A stretch of DNA of 64,000 bases from an uncultured Nitrososphaeraceae archaeon. Its GTDB lineage: Archaea; Thermoproteota; Nitrososphaeria; Nitrososphaerales; Nitrososphaeraceae. Below are positions 10,819 through 21,736 of the stretch, piece by piece. The stretch is from the NCBI GenBank assembly GCA_963779615.1, contig CAVZZA010000005.1, forward strand, positions 160,001 through 224,000, in the 5' to 3' direction. The position numbers and the translations under genes are program-made. Within the stretch, counting starts at the first letter, position 1. Each line of letters starts with the position of its first letter. The notes under the pieces were generated by a model. The model did no database searches. It was not told the DNA's origin and saw only the letters and a list, made by a program, of their open reading frames with translations.

Positions 10819-11733
10819 ATGGTAAAAGATATTTCTATGTTTGGGGACAAATGCCCAAGATGCGGCAAAGGGCCAATGGTTACTGATAATTCTACAGGTG
10901 AAATGTTTTGTGGCAATTGTGGTTTTGTTGTTACAGAGAGAATTGAAGAAACAGGTCCAGAATGGAGAGCATTTTCAAAAGAAGAACATGAAGACAGGAG
11001 CAGAGCTGGTGTCCCAACCTCCTTGGCAATGCATGACATGGGACTTGCCACAATCATAGGGCCTGTAGACAAAGACGCATCGGGTAAACCACTTTCAGCG
11101 TCAATGAAAAGCACTATAGAGCGTCTAAGAACATGGGACAGTAGAAGCCAGGTTCATGAACCGGTCGACAGAAACTTCAGACAAGCCTTCAGTGAGTTAG
11201 ACAGATTAAAAGACAAACTAGCCGTGGGTGATGCGGTAATTGAAAAAGCTGCTTATGTGTACAGGAAGGCTCTGGAAAAAGGCTTGGTAAGAGGTAGATC
11301 AATTTCAGCCCTGGTCGCGGCTGCATTGTATGCAGCGTGCAGAGACACAGAAACTCCCAGAACCTTAAAGGATGTGGCAAATGCAAGCAACATAAAGAAA
11401 AAGGATGTGGCACGGTGCTATAGACTCTTAATTAGAGAGCTCGATCTAAAGATGCCCGTAGTTGACCCAGTAAAGTGTGTCGCCAGAATCGCAAGTAAAG
11501 CTGGGCTTACAGAAAAAACCAAGAGGAAGGCCCTTGAAATACTGAAAAAAGCAGAGGAAGGAAAGATATCGGCAGGAAAGGACCCTATGGGGTTGGCTGC
11601 AGCTGCGTTATATGTTGCCTGCGTAATGAATGGAGAAAACAAGACACAAAAGGATGTGGCTGAGGCAGCAGGTGTAACAGAAGTGACAATAAGAAACAGG
11701 TATAAGGGTCTCAAGACACACCTAAAACTATAG
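10819..11733 (+). CDS. tfb: Transcription initiation factor IIB (TFB)
   Basis: Zn ribbon CPRC…CGNCG, GPEWRAF B-reader, two cyclin repeats and GVTEVTIRNRYK. Confidence 0.97.
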   Translation: MVKDISMFGDKCPRCGKGPMVTDNSTGEMFCGNCGFVVTERIEETGPEWRAFSKEEHEDRSRAGVPTSLAMHDMGLATIIGPVDKDASGKPLSASMKSTIERLRTWDSRSQVHEPVDRNFRQAFSELDRLKDKLAVGDAVIEKAAYVYRKALEKGLVRGRSISALVAAALYAACRDTETPRTLKDVANASNIKKKDVARCYRLLIRELDLKMPVVDPVKCVARIASKAGLTEKTKRKALEILKKAEEGKISAGKDPMGLAAAALYVACVMNGENKTQKDVAEAAGVTEVTIRNRYKGLKTHLKL

Positions 11734-11734
11734 T

Positions 11735-12742
11735 CTATGTAACCTCCTTTTTTATTTTTGACAGGCGTTCCAAAAATTTTCCCGAGTATTTGTAAATGAA
11801 AAGAAAGCCCACAATGATAAAAGCAACAGAAATTGGCATTAGAAAATAGTTGCTTGACTCCTCAGTCCAGGAAGAATTAAAGAAAAGAAAACCCATCAAA
11901 CCGTAAGAAAAAAGAACATAGTTAGAAATCCAGTGAAAGATAATCGCCGTGCCAAGTCCGTAGCGATAGTAAAGCCAACCTAAAAACAGCCCGCCCAAAC
12001 TTGCTTGAGTTATCTTGCCAACTTCATAATTACCGCCAAAGACGACGTGGGATAAACCAAAAAAAACTGAATTAGCAAATATAAGCAATAAAACTATGTT
12101 TTTGCCTTGGTTAGATCTGACTGATAGATTCCTGCTAGGGTGGACCAAGCAAGAAATAAATGAATTTTTAAAACTAAAAAATATCAAAGATAAGGGTATT
12201 CCCAAAAAGATAACCCGGAATAAAATTTCTTCGTTTAGTGGCGCAGTCGTCAAGTTAAAAAAAGATAAAAGAGGGTTGACCACCAGTGGACTCCCAATAC
12301 GAATTCCAAATAACTGTTGAACCAAATCTATAACAAGGGATAATAAAAAATAGCCAGAAAACCATTGTATTGCAACATAGAGGGAGTTGGATGAATTAAA
12401 GTCCAAAATTTTAAAGGCGTTTTTAGACGATTGTTCATCCTTCGAATTGTTAAATAATGGCACTGGCTTTGAGGCACAAACAATAAAAACAATCAGGTAG
12501 ACTAGCCAAAAAAAAAGAAACACTGTCCCAAGGTTGAACTGTATGCTAGATATGTTTGAAATATCCAATAGCAAAAATCGTAGCGGAACAAGGGTTTGCC
12601 AGGTAACCTCCTTTCCAACGGATGCAAAAAAAACTAGATAAACGCCAATAGCAATTGATCCTGCTATGATTAAAAAGAGAAAAAATGAAAGTGCTTTATT
12701 TAACTTATCAGCATATGTTTGTATACAAGTCTGTCGGAACAA
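11735..12742 (-). CDS. CPBP (Abi/CAAX) intramembrane glutamic endopeptidase
   Basis: APLNEEILFR, FFGLSH and HWISN motifs with multiple TM segments. Confidence 0.88.
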   Translation of the reverse strand: MFRQTCIQTYADKLNKALSFFLFLIIAGSIAIGVYLVFFASVGKEVTWQTLVPLRFLLLDISNISSIQFNLGTVFLFFWLVYLIVFIVCASKPVPLFNNSKDEQSSKNAFKILDFNSSNSLYVAIQWFSGYFLLSLVIDLVQQLFGIRIGSPLVVNPLLSFFNLTTAPLNEEILFRVIFLGIPLSLIFFSFKNSFISCLVHPSRNLSVRSNQGKNIVLLLIFANSVFFGLSHVVFGGNYEVGKITQASLGGLFLGWLYYRYGLGTAIIFHWISNYVLFSYGLMGFLFFNSSWTEESSNYFLMPISVAFIIVGFLFIYKYSGKFLERLSKIKKEVT

Positions 12743-12751
12743 TTAAAATGC

Positions 12752-13060
12752 TTACATTACTTCAATAGAGTCTGTATTGAATCCTTTAACAGTCAAATAG
12801 CCTTTAACGTGATCCCTATGATCACCCTGCAATAGTATAAATCCATCTTTAGCTGTTCCACCACATGCCAACCTACTTTTTAACTCCTTAACCATGGTTT
12901 GGATATCGTTAGTTTTAGGATCCAATCCTTCAATCATAGTTGTAGTTTTGGAAAATCTGCGTGTTTCTAGTCTGACAACAATACGGGTTTCTTCTTTATC
13001 TAACTCTCCACAGGCACACAAATCATCCGGAAGGCCACATTTTTTGCATATTACAGCCAT
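12752..13060 (-). CDS. Translation initiation factor aIF-1 (SUI1/YciH family)
   Basis: ICKKCGLPDDLCAC, LKSRLACGGT and LQGDHR. Confidence 0.95.
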   Translation of the reverse strand: MAVICKKCGLPDDLCACGELDKEETRIVVRLETRRFSKTTTMIEGLDPKTNDIQTMVKELKSRLACGGTAKDGFILLQGDHRDHVKGYLTVKGFNTDSIEVM

Positions 13061-13314
13061 CTGTATTTACCATAATTACCAAAATCCTATTATTAAGCCT
13101 TCCTTAACAATGTAAATAGCAGCCTGCCATGGTCCACCAACTGTGGTGTGTTTGGAACTATTTTGTGACACGATAAAGCACAATCTTGCTTTTTCCTTAA
13201 ATAAATTAATATCAAAACTAGAGAAAAGTCTTTTAAAAATTTTTAAACGACTGACCGCTTGTCAAACAACAGTATTTATAAAAAGAGTTGCTAAAAACTT
13301 TATCGGGTTGTGAT

Positions 13315-14625
13315 ATGTCCCCATCTATTTTTAGCCTCAAGTTTCCATTCGTTTTGACAAAGGACCAGGAAGACGCAATATCAGCCTGGATAGACAATAA
13401 CTACAGGGGATCAATCATTTACTCTACCGGAACGGGAAAAACAGAGATAGCCTTTGAGTGTGCAAAAAGGGCTGCAGCTAACAAGCATCTCCAATTTGAG
13501 AAAAAAGGTAAAACTCCAATGGAATTTAAAATTTTGTTTTTAGTCCCCAGGATTATATTAATAGAGCAGAACACAAACAGGCTAATCAGGTACAACATCA
13601 ACAAAGAGTCAATTGGAGTGTATTTTGGAGAAGAAAAGAATGAGCGCGAAATAACCATTTCCACCTATCAAAGCGTTAGTAACAACCATTTTTTAATCAA
13701 GAATTCAGACATGGTCATTCTTGACGAAGTTCATTTTATGAGTAACACGGCATTTTCATACACAAAACTATTTAAAATAATCAAAGAGGATCCAAACAAA
13801 ATGATTTTAGGGCTAACAGCAACAATCAATGAGCTTGATCCCAAATATCATGAAATCATCGACACCATCCCCCCCGTAAAAAAATACATGATTAAAGAGG
13901 CGGTTGAAGACAAGAGACTGGCAAAACCTGAAATAATATCAATGGAGGTATCACTCACAGGCCAGGAAAAAGACATTTACAATAAAACAAGTGAAATAAT
14001 CAGGAATGTTTCCTATAAAATGAACGCTTATGACCCTGGCATAATCTCAAAAATCCTTTACCAAGGCGGGGCAAGGTCAAAATATGCCAAAGAATGGTTC
14101 AACCAGGTAAAAATCAGAAAAGAATTGCTAAATTCCTCACAGAATAAGTTGGAAAAGGCCGTTCATCTCATACAGAGCCACAATAACGAAAAAATAATGG
14201 TGTTTAGCGAAACAATTGATTCCATTAATAGGCTAAAGACCCTATTGGAGAAAAAGAGCATTACTTCTGAAATAATCCATTCCAAAATAAGGATAAAAGA
14301 CAGGAAGACAATACTGGAAAGATGGGGTGAAGACTTTTTCCCCCTGCTTTCAGTCCACACACTGGAGATAGGGTATGACATTCCTCATGTAAAGATAGCC
14401 ATTATTCTGTCAAACACATCAAACATCAACCAAATCGTACAGAGAATTGGCAGAGTGATCAGGAAAACAGAAAACAAGGAAAAAGCGCTGATATACTTGA
14501 TATATGCAAAGGAAACAAGGGATAACAACATTGTGAGAATGGTGGACAAAGCGGTAGGAAAAAAAAGTGACAGAACCTACAAAAAAACAACCAGACAAAC
14601 CAGAATTACCGATAAATTCAAATAG
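13315..14625 (+). CDS. Superfamily 2 helicase (XPB/Ssl2-like)
   Basis: STGTGKT, LDEVH, LGLTAT and QRIGRVIR motifs. ATG at 13315 preferred over TTG at 13288. Confidence 0.9.
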   Translation: MSPSIFSLKFPFVLTKDQEDAISAWIDNNYRGSIIYSTGTGKTEIAFECAKRAAANKHLQFEKKGKTPMEFKILFLVPRIILIEQNTNRLIRYNINKESIGVYFGEEKNEREITISTYQSVSNNHFLIKNSDMVILDEVHFMSNTAFSYTKLFKIIKEDPNKMILGLTATINELDPKYHEIIDTIPPVKKYMIKEAVEDKRLAKPEIISMEVSLTGQEKDIYNKTSEIIRNVSYKMNAYDPGIISKILYQGGARSKYAKEWFNQVKIRKELLNSSQNKLEKAVHLIQSHNNEKIMVFSETIDSINRLKTLLEKKSITSEIIHSKIRIKDRKTILERWGEDFFPLLSVHTLEIGYDIPHVKIAIILSNTSNINQIVQRIGRVIRKTENKEKALIYLIYAKETRDNNIVRMVDKAVGKKSDRTYKKTTRQTRITDKFK

Positions 14626-14695
14626 TTTTTAAGAGTGTAAACAAAAACTAAAGTAAGTATATATATATATTTTCTATTGATATTATGAATAAACC

Positions 14696-15835
14696 ATGAC
14701 TTTAAAAAACATTACTGTGTTGGGGTCTGGGATAATGGGTCATGGTATTGCACAAATCTCTGCTATGTCGGGCTATAACGTAATTTTGAGGGACATAGAG
14801 AAACAATTTTTGGACAAGGCCATGGAAAAAATAAAATGGTCATTACAGAAACTATCAGAGAAAAACAAAATTACAAAGGATCAGGTTGATGAATTCTATG
14901 GGAACATAACCCCGGTAATAGACCTTAAGGAAGCCATCAAACATGCTGACCTGATAATTGAGGCTGTCCCTGAGGACTACAACCTCAAAAAAAAAGTGTA
15001 CAGGGAACTTGACGAAGTATCTGACAATAGAGTGATATACGCATCCAATACAAGCACTCTACCCATTACCGAACTGAGCAAACTGACTAAAAACCCGAAT
15101 AAGTTTATTGGAGTCCATTTTTTCAACCCACCCCAACTTATGAAATTAGTTGAGGTAATACCAGGTGTAGAGACAGACCCCACGATAACAGACGAAATAA
15201 CAGATTATGTAAAAAAAATCGGAAAAACACCAATTCTATGCAAAAAAGATGTGGTTGGATTCATTGTCAACAGGATTTTCATACCGCTGGTTCATGAGGC
15301 TGCTTATTGCATGGACAGGGACAATGCTTCAATGTCAGAAATAGATTCCGCTGTAAAATACAAAATGGATTTTCCCATGGGGATATTTGAGTTAGCAGAC
15401 TACACGGGTATAGATGTGATCCATAAAGCGACGCATGAAATGAGCGTGCGGGATAAAAAAGTGATACTGCCCCACCCAAGAATAAAGGAACTTTATGAAT
15501 CAAAGCATTTTGGCCAAAAATCAGGTAAAGGCTTTTACGACTACAAGGGAGACAATTACGAAAGAATAAGCCTTTCCGAGGAAAAAGCATCAAAGTATGA
15601 CCCGGTTTCAATTTTAGGCGTTGCAGCAAACAATGCCGCGTGGTTAATCTCAAACCAGGTTTGCAGTAAAGAAGACTTGGAAAACGCTTTAAGGCTAGGG
15701 ATGGGGATGAAAACGGGCATCTTTAAGCTGATTGAAAATTTCGGAGCCCAGAAAATAACAGACAAGCTAAAGAACCTTGAGGAAAATTATGGGGAATTTT
15801 ATCATCCTGAGGAGTATCTTTTGTCCATAAGGTAA
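14696..15835 (+). CDS. 3-hydroxyacyl-CoA dehydrogenase (likely (S)-3-hydroxybutyryl-CoA dehydrogenase)
   Basis: GSGIMGHGIA, IEAVPE, ASNTSTL, HFFNPP, GFIVNR and GQKSGKGFY. A role in the 3HP/4HB cycle is an inference. Confidence 0.92.
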   Translation: MTLKNITVLGSGIMGHGIAQISAMSGYNVILRDIEKQFLDKAMEKIKWSLQKLSEKNKITKDQVDEFYGNITPVIDLKEAIKHADLIIEAVPEDYNLKKKVYRELDEVSDNRVIYASNTSTLPITELSKLTKNPNKFIGVHFFNPPQLMKLVEVIPGVETDPTITDEITDYVKKIGKTPILCKKDVVGFIVNRIFIPLVHEAAYCMDRDNASMSEIDSAVKYKMDFPMGIFELADYTGIDVIHKATHEMSVRDKKVILPHPRIKELYESKHFGQKSGKGFYDYKGDNYERISLSEEKASKYDPVSILGVAANNAAWLISNQVCSKEDLENALRLGMGMKTGIFKLIENFGAQKITDKLKNLEENYGEFYHPEEYLLSIR

Positions 15836-16028
15836 TACCCCTTTATGGAAAAAAGATGATTATTTCCAACTATTACAAATACCTAGCAATTTATGCCCAG
15901 AACACGTTCTTCGTTTATCCATAGCGAGACACATTGTCATAAAAGGCTTAAATTCCCAATCAGGTTTTCAGTTTATTTATCGAAAAACAAATAAAAAAAT
16001 TTACAATTGTTCAAAATCACAGGTTTCA

Positions 16029-16547
16029 TCACATGGACTGAAGTTTATTGACTATATAATCAACAGCGTGACTTGGAGAGTTGGATGTTTCTATCAGGAT
16101 TCGTTTTCTTTCATCCAGAAACCTTCCGCCATACACATCCGAAATACCGCCGCTTTTTTCGATTGAAACCATTATCTTTCTGGCCATGTATCCCACGCAT
16201 AACTCTATCAATGTGCCTACTCCCCCACCCACCGATATTATACCATCTGATGAATAGGATATTATAAAATCGCGGGAGTCGCCAATTCCTGTGCAAATAA
16301 CTATATCACAAAATGCATTAGCTTTAGAATAATCATCCTGCGGAACAATCCCAACTGTTAACCCACCGTTATCCTTAGCACCCTTCGAAGCATATTCCAT
16401 TACACCCCCAAGGCCACCGCAAATCAAAACAGCATTTCTTTTGGCTATCTCCCTTCCCACATCATATGCAATGTCCATAGTTTTTGAGTGCAAAGGCAAA
16501 GAATCGTCGTGATTATTACCTATGACACCTATCTGAATTTTTTTCAA
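16029..16547 (-). CDS. TIGR00725-family Rossmann-fold (LOG/SLOG) nucleotide-binding protein
   Basis: LICGGLGGVMEYASKGA and GGGVGTLIE. Confidence 0.88.
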   Translation of the reverse strand: MKKIQIGVIGNNHDDSLPLHSKTMDIAYDVGREIAKRNAVLICGGLGGVMEYASKGAKDNGGLTVGIVPQDDYSKANAFCDIVICTGIGDSRDFIISYSSDGIISVGGGVGTLIELCVGYMARKIMVSIEKSGGISDVYGGRFLDERKRILIETSNSPSHAVDYIVNKLQSM

Positions 16548-17486
16548 ATTATGCGTTGTAGTATACCGTGTTCTATATTATTTCTATTCTGTTCATGCCC
16601 CCGCCATGTGTCTAAAGCAGGATGCACAGGCAATTTCATTACAATCCACCTTTTATCGTATTTTGAGATTGGTTACGGATATCCACATCCTCCGCCAAAC
16701 ATCCTTTCCGATAACAAAAAGGGTTCGAAGGATTACTTTCAGGTCTTTTAAGTCAAAGACATCTAGCCATTTGGAAAACTATGGTACCAATGAGGAAGTC
16801 AAAGAAATAAGCATTGATGAAATAGGTAATAGTCCTTAAATCCCCCCGACATAACAGATTGTGATCATTTGAGGTGAACCGCTTTTACAACAGGATAGCG
16901 ATTTCACAATACGGTACAGAGTGGATGGATTTTATGAAAAACCTGATGATAGTGTTATCTTGTGTCATGTTTTAACTATAACACGATATACAAGTTTTTT
17001 GGCCCTTATCCTCATGTTTTCCACTTTCCTATCCTGTAACCATTTTTCCATACAGAGACAATGAGAGGCACACACATGACCTTTCTTTGAAATTTGTTGT
17101 GCATTGTTACTGATTCAACAAATCAACAACTAAATTTCATTTTCTTTTTTTTTGTTTAAAAACCAATTGGGCCCGTTGATATTTCTCATGCGGGTTAGTT
17201 CAATAATTGTGACTGGGCGGTTTTCCATTCCTTATATCTAGTCATAATTTCATTCCCCTACCCATTTTTATACTATGCATAGCATATCCATCACATGAAT
17301 AACGCTATCTTTGTTGAAAAGCACGAGTTATCAAGTTGCTCGGTGTTTTACAACCATCAATCTTTTGGTGAGAACCATAAACTGATTGTTCGACCCAAAA
17401 AACAATCATCCAACGTATCCGCCACATGCAACATCCTTACCAACATCACCGCGTTAACGCATCGGGTTTGAAAGGTGGAAATCAGC

Positions 17487-17864
17487 ATGTTGGGGGATAA
17501 AGACGCATCAGCAAACATTGCTGTTAAAAACTTGGAAACTGCCAGAAAATTTTATGAAGATATTCTCGGCCTGAAGAAAATCGACTCTGAGAGCCATGAA
17601 GTGGTCGTCTATAGGAGTGGCAACTCCACCGTCATTGTTTATCAGTCACAATACGCAGGAAAAAATCAAGCCACGGCTGTGACCTGGGGAGTTCGTGAGG
17701 ACATAGAAGGAACAGTGCAAGGGCTTAAAGACAAGGGAGTCAGATTTGAGCACTATGACATGCCAAACATAACACTAAAAGGAGACATCCACGTTCATGG
17801 TAACATGAAGGTTGCATGGTTCAAGGATCCCGATGGCAACATCCTCAGCCTAATAAATGAATAA
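17487..17864 (+). CDS. VOC/glyoxalase/bleomycin-resistance family protein
   Basis: ARKFYEDILGL…AWFKDPDGNILSL. Confidence 0.9.
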   Translation: MLGDKDASANIAVKNLETARKFYEDILGLKKIDSESHEVVVYRSGNSTVIVYQSQYAGKNQATAVTWGVREDIEGTVQGLKDKGVRFEHYDMPNITLKGDIHVHGNMKVAWFKDPDGNILSLINE

Positions 17865-18222
17865 TGACAATTAAAGGGACGAAAAAGATTGGAATTTCCA
17901 AAGACACAATATCCTTCCTTTTTTAGTTTCGAAAATGACTCGGAAACCATCGGGGCCGTTAACCACATGGATTCAATTGTTTTTTCAGGTCCAATACCAT
18001 CGAAGGGAAAGGAAAGAGACAAAACGATGCCCGCCAAGTCAACAACAACCATCACAGGCACAGAGAATAAGGCAAAGAATCAGGTCAGACAGGCAACTGA
18101 CAGAGGAAGTTTTTTAAAAGAAATATATTTTCACATTCGCCATTAAAACATAATTTTTATGGTTAAATCTTTTAAACATAATGGATTAGAAAAAGATAAA
18201 ATTATTTGCATAAAGAAATTTT

Positions 18223-19913
18223 TTATTTGTGATCATTTATAATATGTCTATAATACAAACACCATTTAACCATATTCACATATCGGAAAACTACCAGAAT
18301 GGGCAATTTAGTTAAATAATTTTCTTCAGGATTTTCGACTATTGAATGAGTGGTGGCATTAGCCTTCCCTTTAAAAGGTTTGACTTTTTCTAAAAATTTT
18401 AAAATTAGATGAGTATCTGGCTCAAAGTCATCCTTACGTTCTGCTAAATTATCCAATAAAATTGAAAAATCATGGAACCTTTTATTTTTATTATCAAAAT
18501 ATATATTAATATTTGAACCTATTCTTTGGGGATATTTTTTTCGTAACACGTCTATAACCAAATTTTCAATATATTTTCTTGTTAATATTAAAGTGCTTGT
18601 AAATAAACCAATTTTCCAAGCGAAATTGATTTCTTTCCGTAATTCGTGGTAAAAGTGTTCTGTCGGTATAGAGATTATCAAATCTTTACGATTACTAGGA
18701 AAAGATATTGTTTTTCTGTAATTGTCCAATTTATATGACTTAGAAGTTGCATCATAAATTATTCCATTTTGTTTTAAAAACCCCAAAAATTCATTTATTG
18801 GTTCCTCATCTTTAGAAAATACGTAAGAACTATCTCTATTAACTGTAGATATATCATCAAAATCAAAAGTATCCTGAACATGAATAAGATTACAAAAACA
18901 AATTGTATTCAAGTATTCATTTTCGATTTCGATTTTTATAGAATCCAATCCTTTCAATGAAGAAATATCAGATAATTCTGAAATATCCATTAATCCATTA
19001 TTTTTTTCTGCCTTTATCAGACGGATAGCTATCTCACTTTTTTAATATTTTACATTTATCCATTGCTTGCAATTTGGTTTTTGAAAATTGAACTAATTCT
19101 TTATGTATTAAAGATCTATAGACCAAACTATTTTTTTCTCTTTTAAAATCAAGGATTTTGCAAGGAATTGGAAAAACAAATTTCAAAGTAATTGCATTGG
19201 TTAATCCGCTTATATCGAAAATATTTTTTAAATCATCAAGATTGTCAAACCCAAAATATTTTGATTTTATTCCTTTATTTTTAAGATAAGTCAATGGTGT
19301 ATTAATGAGAGTATCAAAAACTAATTCACCAATCAATTCAGGAAAACCATCTTTGTTAATTGGTTCATCAGATGAGGGTTTTAGTATAATATTATTAGTA
19401 ACGTCAAGATTTGATATCATTATTCTTGCATTTGTTTCCAAAAAGAAAATAGAACCTTTTCTTAAATCTTCTAGAAATAAAGGTAAGTCATTATAATCTT
19501 TAGCCTCCATGATTATTTTCACTTCTTTAGGCTCAGTAAAATTCAGATATTCTTTTTTATTACTATGAATATTTTCAACGGTTTCTTTATCAAATAAGGT
19601 ATGCCGAATCCTAGGCCCAGAGGCACGCCCTTTATCATATTCATGAAAAGCAGAAAATGCTAAAATTTCTAGACTCTAAAGATGAAGACGAAGATATGAA
19701 TTTCTCTCATGAAGTTTATTTATTTACAGAAATATTTATGAAATAGGTAAAAGCTTTTTCCTCATCAATACTATTGCTAATTAATCTAATTTGTTTTCTG
19801 CTTGTCCTTATATCAACTAGATACAGATCAAGAAATGGTGTTAGAAAATGGTGATTATCACCACATGGAATGATTACCTGTAAGAGATTAAAATAAGCCT
19901 TTTGGTCATGCAA
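18223..19913 (-). pseudogene. Fragmented large gene with C-terminal HEPN-like (DUF4145-like) domain
   Basis: ORFs 19716..19913, about 19675..19034 and 18223..18990 are collinear. The last two join across an A6 tract at about 19038-19043. The C-terminus reads EINFAWKIGLFTSTLILTRKYIENLVIDVL…KANATTH. Confidence 0.55.
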
Positions 19914-20167
19914 CCCTAAATTCCAAATAACGCAGCATATTTACCTTTTTTGAAGATTCCCTCATGCCAATTGTTTTTACGGTATGGTCAAACATTTAAA
20001 AATCAATATAATCGATTTTTAAAAATATGACAAGATTCTGATATCTTCTATTATAAATCACCAGTTAGTTGTAAGAGTAAGACTCACTTAAAAAACCTTT
20101 AAACTGCATTATTTTACTTCCATCAATAAATATAAAAAAGAAACCGCGATAGGACATATGCTCAACC

Positions 20168-20568
20168 TAATTGGCAGTTTCTATTTGTATTTGATAGCAA
20201 AAAAAAATGTTGAAAATAAAAGAGCAAGATTCAATGATTACGCTTATTCCCATAGACAAATATAGAACAGAATCGAGTGGATAGAAGCACTGTTGAAAAC
20301 TCCTTTTAAAGATAACAGGAAATTTTGTATGTGGCGGATATTAATACCTTATTTAAAAAATGTCAAAAAATTGAACGATGAAGAAACTACTGATATTACT
20401 GAAATGGCTCGATGGCTGTAACAGTTATTGACTGACGTGTGATTTGAATACATGTGAGAAAATAAAAGAAGATTTGAGAAATGTTAGACTGACAAACCCA
20501 TTAATCGTCAAAGTTTAAAGGAGACAAATGCAATATTATGTGACACGATTGTAATGACTAAATGGTAA
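20168..20568 (+). pseudogene. Remnant of a primase-associated protein with a PriX-like C-terminal domain
   Basis: From 20272 the frame reads IEWIEALLKTPFKDNRKFCMWRILIPYLKNVKKLNDEE, then shifts to KWLDGC. It is flanked by stops and frameshifts and is absent from the ORF track. Confidence 0.6.
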
Positions 20569-20751
20569 TCTCTATTTATGTATAAATGATTACGCCTCAT
20601 CTTAATCATTTATTTAATTTATTTTTATTGGCTTTGGAACATAAAAATGCAATTCTTGCTCAATCAAATAAGAGATAAATAATATATTTACAGTTAAAAA
20701 ATAAAAGAGGAAAATGATTATACGGGTCTAAAACATTTATTACTTAATTTA

Positions 20752-21435
20752 GAGCCTATCCCAAAATTATCTTTCTGTAGTAAATCATAGAAAATAGAAC
20801 TATTACCTGTACAAGGTATTCTCGTCGTTTTTTTCTATCTTCCACGTTTTGTGACGTGTTGTGCCATGAGTTGGTTCTCTCCACAACCCATCTTCTAGCA
20901 GGATGTTTTTTTCGATTTGACATCTTTTGTGTTTTTGTCTTGACCTCTCCTCTTTTTCACTGGCACGGTAAATATGGTACATATCCTCGGATAATAATGT
21001 CCTGTTTTACTGTCTTGGAATTGTACGCTTTATCAAGGCATAGATGTTGCAGTTTTCTTTTTCTAGACATGTTACGTTTCGTTGTTGATGATGATGATGA
21101 TCGTTTGATAATTGTATTATCCATTACATCTGTTACCAGTTTTATATCATGAGTGCTTGCGGATGATATGACAGACTGAGAGTGGGATTCCTTTTGTATC
21201 TGTTAAAATATGCCTTTTTGTGCCCAGTTTGCCTCTGTCGGTGGGATTGCTTCCGGTCATCGCCCCCCTAAGGGTGACTTTATGGATATGCTGTCAAGGG
21301 ATTGCCATGTCCACTTGATACCCAGTTAGATCATCATATATTATGAGTAGCCTAATCCATACCTTTTTGAAAATGTCTAACTCAACCCACCTCTGAAATC
21401 GCCTATGACATGTGGAACCTGAACCATACTGTGCA
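20752..21435 (-). mobile_element. IS5-family (IS1031-like) element remnant with broken transposase
   Basis: Minus strand reads GSTCHRRFQRW…WQSLDSISIKSP…NPTDRGKLGTKRHILTD…RRWVVERTNSWHN. The end GAGCCTATCCCAAAATTATCTTTCTG is preceded by TTA. Confidence 0.85.
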
Positions 21436-21736
21436 GGGCTTTGTAAAGTTAACGGACAGCCTCCTTACCATCATCAAATGAAAACGTAGCCTCAAGCCTT
21501 GTAATAAGGGATGAATTATATGTAAGTTTTTTTGGTGAGGCAGGTAGAAAAATCATACTGGATTCATATAGATAAAATATAGAATTGACGGAATTGATAC
21601 TGTAAGTGATTCGAACGTTTTTAATATCTCTCCTTTTTTGACAAAATGGGTCATGTTATAGGTGTTGCATAGAAGGTAGGAGGGATAGAAAACCTTAAAA
21701 AAATAATAGACCAAATCCAAATCAGACTTTATAGAG

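Noticed and set aside
16560-17470. Short ORFs 16488..16751 and 16606..16839 and adjacent DNA
   Set aside because: No recognisable motif on either strand. Probably eroded sequence, so no call can be supported.
17795-18146. Overlapping short ORFs after the VOC gene, with faint MscS-like LAGIVLSLSFPF
   Set aside because: The similarity is too short to support a call.
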